From a virus (Duplodnaviria; Caudoviricetes): DNA of 24,667 nucleotides. The position numbers and the translations under genes are program-made. Below, in pieces: positions 1-5,843 of the stretch (within the stretch, counting starts at the first letter, position 1; each line of letters starts with the position of its first letter). The stretch covers positions 1 through 24,667 of the IMG/VR virus record IMGVR_UViG_3300035158_000372; one strand, given 5' to 3'. Below the pieces are notes generated by a model. The model did no database searches and was not told the origin of the DNA. It saw only the letters and a list, made by a program, of their open reading frames with translations.

Positions 1-74
1 ACATCACAGCAAAAGAGCCGTGGGTTCAAGTGATGGACCCAGAAGATTTCGAGAGAGATTACGAGAGCGTATAA
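1..74 (+). CDS. 3' end of an upstream hypothetical protein (...ITAKEPWVQVMDPEDFERDYESV*)
   Basis: Frame starting at nt 3 is open to TAA 72-74 and stops 13 nt before the first tRNA; start lies outside the window. Confidence 0.45.
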   Translation, partial: ITAKEPWVQVMDPEDFERDYESV

Positions 75-87
75 GGGCCGCTCTCCA

Positions 88-160
88 GGGCCGTTCGTCT
101 AACAGGACAAGGCGCAGGGTTTCTACCCCTGTTATGAGGGTTCGAATCCTTCACGGCTCA
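88..160 (+). tRNA. tRNA-Arg(UCU)
   Basis: Acceptor GGGCCGT/ACGGCTC, anticodon stem CAGGG/CCCTG with loop TT-TCT-AC, T arm GAGGG-TTCGAAT-CCTTC, A20 after D-loop GG, A73. Confidence 0.93.
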
Positions 161-166
161 CTATAT

Positions 167-239
167 CTGGGGGTGGGGAAGTTGGTATCCTACGTGCCCT
201 GGAAGCACGGGAACGCTGGTTCGAGTCCAGCCCTCCAGA
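167..239 (+). tRNA. tRNA-Pro(UGG), atypical C33 and A37
   Basis: Acceptor CTGGGGG/CCTCCAG (C1-G72, A73), anticodon stem CGTGC/GCACG with loop CC-TGG-AA, T arm GCTGG-TTCGAGT-CCAGC. Confidence 0.9.
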
Positions 240-243
240 CGAT

Positions 244-317
244 GCCCTGGTAGCCCAACTGGCAGAGGCAGCTGCCTTAGAAGCAGACCAGTGTAGGTTC
301 AAATCCTACCCGGGGTA
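244..317 (+). tRNA. tRNA-Leu(UAG), short variable loop
   Basis: Acceptor GCCCTGG/CCGGGGT, Leu-like D loop TGGCAGA, anticodon loop CT-TAG-AA, 5-nt variable loop CCAGT, T arm GTAGG-TTCAAAT-CCTAC, A73. Confidence 0.9.
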
Positions 318-321
318 CTAT

Positions 322-395
322 GGCCGCTTGAGGCAATTGGCAGACCTACCGTACTCAAGATACGGTGCTTCGGGGTTCGAGTCCCTGAGCGGCTA
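322..395 (+). tRNA. tRNA-Leu(CAA), short variable loop
   Basis: Acceptor GGCCGCT/AGCGGCT, D loop TTGGCAGA, stem CCGTA/TACGG with loop CT-CAA-GA, 5-nt variable loop TGCTT, T arm CGGGG-TTCGAGT-CCCTG, A73. Confidence 0.91.
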
Positions 396-399
396 TCAC

Positions 400-472
400 T
401 GGCGAGTAACTCAGGGGTAAGAGTGCTTGTCTGATACACAAGTGGTCGGTGGTTCGATTCCACCCTCGCCAA
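400..472 (+). tRNA. tRNA-Ile(GAU)
   Basis: Acceptor TGGCGAG/CTCGCCA, D stem ACTC/GAGT, stem CTTGT/ACAAG with loop CT-GAT-AC, T arm GGTGG-TTCGATT-CCACC. Confidence 0.94.
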
Positions 473-476
473 TCGG

Positions 477-549
477 TGACCCGTAACTCAGCGGTGAGAG
501 TGGCTGTCTTATACACAGCTGGTCGATGGTTCGATTCCATCCGGGTCTA
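477..549 (+). tRNA. tRNA-Ile(UAU)
   Basis: Acceptor TGACCCG/CGGGTCT (1-72 T.T mismatch), D stem ACTC/GAGT, stem GCTGT/ACAGC with loop CT-TAT-AC, T arm GATGG-TTCGATT-CCATC, A73. Confidence 0.9.
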
Positions 550-561
550 TTGGAGGATCTC

Positions 562-714
562 ATGCCCAAAGGAACGAAAGTTCACAAAATGTACGTGTCT
601 CTGTTGAGTCGCGGCTATTCAGAGGCATCCGCAGCACGGATCGCGCAAAGCGAAACTGGGCAATCCCTACAGACCGGCAAACCGCCTAAAAAAAAGAAAA
701 AGAGAGGCCGGTAG
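562..714 (+). CDS. 50-aa basic hypothetical protein with Lys/Arg tail (possible nucleic-acid binding)
   Basis: GGAGG at 552-556 before ATG 562; MPKGTKVHKMYVSLLSRGYSEASAARIAQSETGQSLQTGKPPKKKKKRGR; fills the gap between two tRNAs; the ORF-track start at 526 lies inside a tRNA. Confidence 0.8.
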   Translation: MPKGTKVHKMYVSLLSRGYSEASAARIAQSETGQSLQTGKPPKKKKKRGR

Positions 715-775
715 TATAACGGCAGTACACGAGGCTTTGAACCTTAAGGCGGAAGTTCGATTCTTCCCCGGCCTA
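705..775 (+). tRNA. tRNA-Gln(UUG)
   Basis: Acceptor AGGCCGG/CCGGCCT, D stem GTAT/GTAC, anticodon loop CT-TTG-AA, T arm GGAAG-TTCGATT-CTTCC. Confidence 0.9.
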
Positions 776-779
776 TCGT

Positions 780-853
780 CGCGGCGTGACTGGAGTGGCC
801 CCAGACCGGGCTCATATCCCGGACAGACGCGAGTTCGATTCTCGCCGCCGCTA
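780..853 (+). tRNA. Initiator tRNA-fMet(CAU)
   Basis: C1 x T72 mismatch, three consecutive G-C pairs at the base of the anticodon stem (CCGGG/CCCGG), loop CT-CAT-AT, T arm GCGAG-TTCGATT-CTCGC. Confidence 0.9.
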
Positions 854-856
854 TAA

Positions 857-928
857 GGTCCATTGGTCCAGCGGCCAGGACGCCGGACTGTCGATCCGGA
901 AGCAGGAGTTCGATTCTCCTATGGACCG
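857..928 (+). tRNA. tRNA-Asp(GUC)
   Basis: Acceptor GGTCCAT/ATGGACC, D stem GTCC/GGAC, stem CCGGA/TCCGG with loop CT-GTC-GA, T arm AGGAG-TTCGATT-CTCCT, G73. Confidence 0.94.
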
Positions 929-931
929 TTT

Positions 932-989
932 GCCACCCGAGGGGTGGTGGGGCGGTTCCGGTCGCCGGAGGGAAAACGTGTAGGGTGGT
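932..989 (+). ncRNA. Possible small structured RNA in the Asp-Cys spacer
   Basis: GCCACCC 932-938 can pair with GGGTGGT at 942-948 or 983-989; hairpin TCCGG-TCG-CCGGA 957-969; not a cloverleaf. Confidence 0.25.
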
Positions 990-993
990 TCAA

Positions 994-1064
994 GCCTCCG
1001 TTGCAAGTGGTAAGCGGGCCGGTTGCAACCCGGCTCAACGTAGGTTCGATTCCTGCCGGGGGCT
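994..1064 (+). tRNA. tRNA-Cys(GCA)
   Basis: Acceptor GCCTCCG/CGGGGGC, stem GCCGG/CCGGC with loop TT-GCA-AC, T arm GTAGG-TTCGATT-CCTGC, U73; D arm is short or irregular. Confidence 0.88.
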
Positions 1065-1068
1065 CTAA

Positions 1069-1168
1069 GCGCCCACTGTAATCCGTAACAGGCATTTGGC
1101 TGTGGTGGTCGGGTGCCGTTCACACTGGGGCAGGAGGTCCTCAACGGATGCAAGACCGGTAAGGGCGC
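1069..1168 (+). ncRNA. Putative 100-nt structured non-tRNA RNA in the Cys-His spacer
   Basis: Terminal stem GCGCCC/GGGCGC, inner stem ATCCGT 1081-1086/ACGGAT 1144-1149, hairpins 1091-1117 and 1127-1141; spaced 4-5 nt from each neighbouring tRNA like the other array members. Confidence 0.45.
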
Positions 1169-1173
1169 GACAT

Positions 1174-1246
1174 GGTGGGCGTACCCGAGAGGCACAGGGT
1201 ACCGGCTGTGAACCGGTATACGTGGGTTCGAGTCCCACCGTTCACC
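1174..1246 (+). tRNA. tRNA-His(GUG)
   Basis: Encoded G-1 pairing with C73, acceptor GTGGGCG/CGTTCAC, stem ACCGG/CCGGT with loop CT-GTG-AA, T arm GTGGG-TTCGAGT-CCCAC. Confidence 0.93.
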
Positions 1247-1247
1247 C

Positions 1248-1361
1248 ATGGAATTACATTGGGTAGGATTGGTTTGGTTTCTGGTCATGCTTGGGATTCC
1301 GGTCCTGATATTTTGGCTCGGATTCCGGAATCTGGACAAGAAGGGAATGAATGAGCGATAA
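1248..1361 (+). CDS. Putative 37-aa single-pass membrane peptide
   Basis: MELHWVGLVWFLVMLGIPVLIFWLGFRNLDKKGMNER*: about 22-aa hydrophobic run followed by a charged tail; fills the tRNA-His to terL gap and overlaps the terL start; no Shine-Dalgarno. Confidence 0.5.
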   Translation: MELHWVGLVWFLVMLGIPVLIFWLGFRNLDKKGMNER

Positions 1362-2787
1362 ACTCGTTTGGCAACCACAGCCGCGCCAACAGAAAGCGCT
1401 GGAGTGTCCTGCGTTCGAACTGTTTTATGGCGGGGCTGCCGGTGGTGGAAAATCTGACTATCTCTTGATGGACTTTGTGCGACAGACCCACCACGGCGCG
1501 GACCATCGCGGGATTCTCTTTCGCCGGTCCTTCCCGGAGCTGGAGGAGCTGATCCTTCGGTCATATGAGTTGTACACGCCACTTGGGGCTAAGTGGCGAG
1601 GGTCGGACAAGACTTGGACCTTTCCAGGTGGTGCGACACTTAAAATGCGGTTCGTAGAGGCTGACACGGATGTGAATAAGTATCAAAGCCACCAGTATAC
1701 TTGGACCGGCTTTGACGAGCTGACCAACTGGCCATCGGACTACTCCTACCTGTACATGTGGTCACGAACACGATCAGCTGCGGGGGTGCCTTGCTGGGTA
1801 CGAGCCGCCGGTAACCCTGGAGGTCCCGGCCATGCCTGGGTCAAGTCCCGGTTTATCGATGTAGCGCCCCCGGAGCATTTCTACGTGGATCCAAAGACCG
1901 AGCTGTCGCGGGTGTTTATTCCTGCTCTATTGGATGACAACAAGATCCTAATGGAGAAGGATCCGGAATACGAACTGCGGCTTAAAGCCTTGCCGGAGCA
2001 CCTGTATCGTGCGCTGCGCAATGGTGATTGGGATGTTTTCGCCGGACAATTTTTCGGTGACTTCTCCAGGGGGAGGCACGTGGTCAAGCCCTTTGCCTTG
2101 GATCCGATGTGGTTCCGGTTTACCTCCCTGGACTGGGGATACAACAAGCCATTTTCGGTTGGCTGGTGGGCTGTGACCGGTGACGGTCGGTTCATTCGAT
2201 ACCGAGAATGGTATGGATGTACTGAGGGGGAACCTAACACGGGGATCCAGATGCGAGCCAAAGCCGTGGCCGCAAAGGCGTACCGGATGAGCGCACCAGA
2301 GGGTGCGATGGACATGGTAGCGGATCCGGCGTGCTGGGCCAGACATGGGCTTGAGGGAGCCAGTGTAGCCGATACTTTTCAGTCTGCTGGTTTTCGTATG
2401 CAAAAGGGAAACAATGACCGGGTTGGTGGTGCGGCCAGGATGCACGATTTGTTTAGTACGATGGGCCATGACGGACGCCCCCTGCTGATGGTGTTCGATA
2501 ATTGTGTCGATTTCATCCGGACGATTCCGATGCTGGTGATCAGTAAGAACAATCCGGAAGATGTGGACACGACCGGCGAAGACCATATCTACGACGAGGC
2601 CCGGTATGCGGTCATGAGTCGTTATGGGCTGCACCCAGATCGAGTGCGTCGGCAGTATGCACTCCCAGAAGCTGATTACTGGACACGTGGGCAGGGACCG
2701 ACCTGGACTTCCAGGCAGCAAATCATCGAGGATTATGCTCGGGAACAGGCCGAGCGAGAGAAGGAATACAATCCAATGACATATTGA
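1351..2787 (+). CDS. terL: Terminase large subunit
   Basis: Q motif PQPRQ, Walker A YGGAAGGGKS, Walker B WTGFDEL, coupling motif GNPGGPGH, RNase H-like nuclease acidic motifs SLDWG, ADP and EDHIYDEARY. Confidence 0.95.
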   Translation: MSDKLVWQPQPRQQKALECPAFELFYGGAAGGGKSDYLLMDFVRQTHHGADHRGILFRRSFPELEELILRSYELYTPLGAKWRGSDKTWTFPGGATLKMRFVEADTDVNKYQSHQYTWTGFDELTNWPSDYSYLYMWSRTRSAAGVPCWVRAAGNPGGPGHAWVKSRFIDVAPPEHFYVDPKTELSRVFIPALLDDNKILMEKDPEYELRLKALPEHLYRALRNGDWDVFAGQFFGDFSRGRHVVKPFALDPMWFRFTSLDWGYNKPFSVGWWAVTGDGRFIRYREWYGCTEGEPNTGIQMRAKAVAAKAYRMSAPEGAMDMVADPACWARHGLEGASVADTFQSAGFRMQKGNNDRVGGAARMHDLFSTMGHDGRPLLMVFDNCVDFIRTIPMLVISKNNPEDVDTTGEDHIYDEARYAVMSRYGLHPDRVRRQYALPEADYWTRGQGPTWTSRQQIIEDYAREQAEREKEYNPMTY

Positions 2788-2798
2788 GTGGAGATGTG

Positions 2799-2827
2799 TT
2801 GACATTCTACCGAATATGTGATATACT
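2799..2827 (+). promoter_or_regulatory. Sigma70-type promoter with extended -10
   Basis: TTGACA 2799-2804, 17-nt spacer, TG at 2819-2820, TATACT 2822-2827; ATG 2835 lies 7 nt after the -10. Confidence 0.85.
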
Positions 2828-2834
2828 ACCGGCC

Positions 2835-3287
2835 ATGAAACGTAAAGCTTGGTTTTGGATTTTGTTTGCTATTGGCTTGGGTGCGAATCTGCTTGGGGTC
2901 ATGGGGCCACTGCATGAGTTTTTTCACTGGATCTTTTCCTGGCTATCCGGATCCCCGGCCCGAATCACCGCCTGGGGATATTGTATGGTTGATCATCCGA
3001 CGCTAATGGGCGCGATTGCCGGCCCATTCGGAGAGGTGATCGTATTATACATTTTGACTTTTTGGTTCCTTAGCAAGGGGTGGCCGGCGGGTATGCTGCC
3101 CTTTGGTGCGGCCCATGCTGAGTTTGTCTTAGAGTATACGGGGACTGATCTTTTGGAGTGGGTTCCGTATGTTGCGGGAGACACGGTAATGGCATGGATT
3201 GTCGTGCTGTGGACGGTGTTTAATCTGGTATTTATTGTTTTGGGTTGGTTGGGTGTAATAGCCAACATGAAAATCCTAAAAACATAG
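2835..3287 (+). CDS. 150-aa membrane protein, M50/site-2-protease-like zinc metalloprotease (moron)
   Basis: Several hydrophobic segments; HEFFH (H27-H31) at the end of the first TM region, IAGP (62-64), candidate third ligand D105 in GTD; start at ATG 2835 preferred over the ORF-track 2784 because the promoter lies between them. Confidence 0.72.
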   Translation: MKRKAWFWILFAIGLGANLLGVMGPLHEFFHWIFSWLSGSPARITAWGYCMVDHPTLMGAIAGPFGEVIVLYILTFWFLSKGWPAGMLPFGAAHAEFVLEYTGTDLLEWVPYVAGDTVMAWIVVLWTVFNLVFIVLGWLGVIANMKILKT

Positions 3288-3310
3288 TCAATTTTTTTTA
3301 ACAGCAAATC

Positions 3311-3336
3311 AAGGCGGCCATTTGGTCGCCTTTTTT
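3311..3336 (+). terminator. Intrinsic terminator
   Basis: AAGGCGGCCA-TT-TGGTCGCCTT inverted repeat running into TTTTTT. Confidence 0.85.
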
Positions 3337-3349
3337 ATTGGAGGCGATC

Positions 3350-3661
3350 ATGGGCGATGCGATTCTGAAAGAGGAAGATTTTGAGGACTTCCGGTTTGGG
3401 TTTTCGAAGCCGACTCTGGGTGGTTTGGTTGACAAGATCCGTAAACAGCGTGTTTATCGCAAGGGCAAGGGCAGGGATACCTTTATCGAGATTATGCAGG
3501 GCTTAGGCTATTCCCGGGCCAAAAACCAGTACGGTATTGAGGTATGGGAAAAAAACGGTGTCCAGGTAGAGCCCGGTGGGGTACCGCCCGAGTTGCGCGG
3601 ACGAGGTTTCCGTAGCTGGGATGATGCTCTCCAGGCCATGCGCGAAGGTAAATTGCAATAA
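3350..3661 (+). CDS. 103-aa hypothetical protein
   Basis: GGAGG 3340-3344 before ATG 3350; stop overlaps the portal start (TAATG). Confidence 0.8.
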   Translation: MGDAILKEEDFEDFRFGFSKPTLGGLVDKIRKQRVYRKGKGRDTFIEIMQGLGYSRAKNQYGIEVWEKNGVQVEPGGVPPELRGRGFRSWDDALQAMREGKLQ

Positions 3662-5334
3662 TGGCAGATGAAAGAGCACGAACTTACCTCCGTCGCCTCA
3701 ATACTCTGGAGGAAGAGCGAGAGCCATACGACAAGCGATGGTTGCAGATTTGTGAGTATGTGCTGCCAAACCGTTCGCTCTTAATGGGTGATGAGGATAA
3801 ACGCGGGGAGCTGACACACAACAAGGTATATGACGGCACCGCCATTAATGCGCTCCAGTTGATGGCCAACGGCATTCTGGGATACATGGTCAGCCCGACT
3901 TATAAATGGTTTAAGCTTAAAATGATGGAGCGTCGACTGAATGAGTTGCGTGCCGTGAAGATGTGGCTGGACGAGGCTGAGTCTGCTCTGTACGGAGAGT
4001 TTCAGCATAGTAATTTTTATCCATCCATGGGTCAGTACATCATGGACGCCGGTGCTGTTGGTACAGCGACGATGTTTGTTGGCGAAGATCTTGGCGAGAA
4101 CCAATTGATTTTTCTGGTGCGCCACCCCAAAGAGATTTATGTCTCCACCAATTTTTGGGGCACAGTGGATACCATTTTCCGTGAGTTCAAGATGACCGCC
4201 CGTAATGCTGTTGCGTTTTTTGGCAAGGGTAGGCTCAGCACTCACATTACCGAGGTCCTGGATAAGGAGCCAGATAAAGAGTTCGATTTTGTGCACGTGA
4301 TCGAGCCACGCAAAGAGCGGAACATCAGCCTGGTGTCCGCGTCGAACAAGCCGTGGAAATCGGTTTGGATTGAAAAGAACGAGCACAAGATTGTGAAGGA
4401 GGGCGGCTACGATTCGTTGCCCGAAATCGTGTGGCGTTGGGATGTGTCGAGTGGTGAGAAGTATGGCCGTTGTCCTGGCACAAACTCCATCAAGGACGTG
4501 ATCGTGTTGAATCAGATCGCCAAGAGCAATCTGGTGGCTGCCCAGAAGCTGGCCGATCCACCTGTAAACGTTCCCCTGGAGCTACGCGGCAAGGTAAATA
4601 TTAATCCAGGTGGGAAAACGTTTTACGAGGACCCTCAAAGGATTGTGACCGATGCGGCACACAGACCGCGCTTGCCGGCGGGTGTAGACCGGGAAGAGCG
4701 GTTGCAGGAAATGATCAAGAACCACTTTTACGTGGATTTCTTTCTCATGTTGCAGCAGACCGATCGTACTATGACCGCCACCGAAGTGATCGAGAAGATG
4801 GGTGAAAAAGCTGCGGTGTTGTCCGCAGTGACCGGACGTTTTGGATCTGAGGCTTTGGACAAGATTATTGGTCGGTCTTTTGCACTGGCTTATCGGGCCG
4901 GCCGGATTCCCCAGCCACCTGATGTGGTGCTGGAGTGGGCTGAGCGCAACAATCGTGCTCCCGAATACGAGGTAGAGTATATGGGTCCTCTGGCGCAGGC
5001 TCAGAGGCGATTGTTCAAGAGTCAGGGTATCACCCGGGGTATGGAGTCGATGGTTCCGTTGATACAAATGAATCCGGAGATCCTGGATGTGTTTGACTTC
5101 GACGAGATGGTTCGCGAGCTGGCAGATAGCCATGGTATGCCCGAGAAGGTTCTACGGGATCCGCGGATGGTCAAACAGCTCCGTGCTTTGCGACAGCAGA
5201 TGATGGCACAGCAGCAAGAAGCCGATGTCATGGAGAAAACCGCTGGTGCCGTGCCCAAGCTGGGACAGGCCCCGGAGCAAGGTAGCATCCTGGATCAATT
5301 GCTGCGGGCTGGCAATTCAGTGGTGCCCAAATGA
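3661..5334 (+). CDS. Portal (head-tail connector, T7 gp8/BPP-1-like family)
   Basis: 557 aa after terL; family motifs WFKL, RW..SGEKYGRCPG, MTATEV, EYMGPLAQAQR. Confidence 0.93.
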   Translation: MADERARTYLRRLNTLEEEREPYDKRWLQICEYVLPNRSLLMGDEDKRGELTHNKVYDGTAINALQLMANGILGYMVSPTYKWFKLKMMERRLNELRAVKMWLDEAESALYGEFQHSNFYPSMGQYIMDAGAVGTATMFVGEDLGENQLIFLVRHPKEIYVSTNFWGTVDTIFREFKMTARNAVAFFGKGRLSTHITEVLDKEPDKEFDFVHVIEPRKERNISLVSASNKPWKSVWIEKNEHKIVKEGGYDSLPEIVWRWDVSSGEKYGRCPGTNSIKDVIVLNQIAKSNLVAAQKLADPPVNVPLELRGKVNINPGGKTFYEDPQRIVTDAAHRPRLPAGVDREERLQEMIKNHFYVDFFLMLQQTDRTMTATEVIEKMGEKAAVLSAVTGRFGSEALDKIIGRSFALAYRAGRIPQPPDVVLEWAERNNRAPEYEVEYMGPLAQAQRRLFKSQGITRGMESMVPLIQMNPEILDVFDFDEMVRELADSHGMPEKVLRDPRMVKQLRALRQQMMAQQQEADVMEKTAGAVPKLGQAPEQGSILDQLLRAGNSVVPK

Positions 5335-5588
5335 GACGGAAGTCGAAAGAGCTGAAAAACAAGTACAGACATCTGTTCGGCACACCGCAAGGTCAAGAGG
5401 TCTTGGCGGATATGCTGGAGGATCTTTGCTGGTTTGATGAACTGACGGACGATCCCGAGATCATCGCCAGACATAGTTATGCTGTTGAACTCTTGAAGAT
5501 CTGCAAGATCTTCACGGAGGTTAACAAGAAGCTCCTGGTTCAGGAGCTATTCAATAAGTCCAACCCCGATCAGGGAGAGGACGAGTAG
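5331..5588 (+). CDS. Small conserved protein downstream of portal (BPP-1 Bbp19-like)
   Basis: YRHLFGTPQGQEVLADM motif, position between portal and scaffold, ATGA overlap with the portal stop. Confidence 0.75.
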   Translation: MRRKSKELKNKYRHLFGTPQGQEVLADMLEDLCWFDELTDDPEIIARHSYAVELLKICKIFTEVNKKLLVQELFNKSNPDQGEDE

Positions 5589-5598
5589 GAGGTTTACC

Positions 5599-5808
5599 AT
5601 GCTCGACTCGAACGCTGTAGCAGGAGCCCTGGTGTCCGCAAATAGTGTGATTGACAAGCTGGAGCTGGAGACTGGCATCGCCAAGTCTGAGCGCGATTTT
5701 CTGGCTGACTATCAGTCTAAGCTGGGCGCTGGTCCTACCAGAAAAGACGAAGACATGCACTTTCTTCGGATTTTCAAGCGTTGGGCGCTGCATATCCATA
5801 AGCAGTAG
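5599..5808 (+). CDS. 69-aa hypothetical protein
   Basis: AGGAGG Shine-Dalgarno upstream of ATG; fills the gap in the operon. Confidence 0.75.
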   Translation: MLDSNAVAGALVSANSVIDKLELETGIAKSERDFLADYQSKLGAGPTRKDEDMHFLRIFKRWALHIHKQ

Positions 5809-5843
5809 TCAACGCAACACATCACATTTAAGGGGGATGGGTA

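Noticed and set aside
244-317. TAG in a tRNA anticodon as a sign of an amber suppressor or recoding
   Set aside because: Anticodon UAG reads CUA (Leu); a suppressor would need CUA; TAG is used as a normal stop in several genes here
954-1160. Fragments resembling a cobalamin riboswitch (AGGGAA, CCACTGTAA, CACTGGG, AAGACC) or twister-sister/hatchet/theta ribozymes
   Set aside because: A full tRNA-Cys interrupts the riboswitch-like pieces, and I could not build the required stems or catalytic cores for any of these families
1294-1332. GGATTCCGG repeated twice and 12-bp palindrome GATTCCGGAATC upstream of terL
   Set aside because: Too short to separate from chance; no supporting evidence for an operator or pac site
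20-1582. ORF-track entries overlapping the tRNA array (20-253, 355-540, 786-983, 851-1582, 863-1081, 1172-1354)
   Set aside because: They translate tRNA sequence, lack RBSs and have no protein-like features
1948-2805. 285-aa minus-strand ORF opposite terL
   Set aside because: Antisense shadow of a well-supported gene; no motifs or RBS
3264-3300. Possible antisense promoter (TTGACT preceded by an A tract on the minus strand)
   Set aside because: No acceptable -10 at 17 nt; only a poor CATGTT at 16 nt
3350-3661. Faint HicA-like pattern (LGYSR...WEKNG.QV)
   Set aside because: Lacks the GSH catalytic motif and has no adjacent antitoxin candidate
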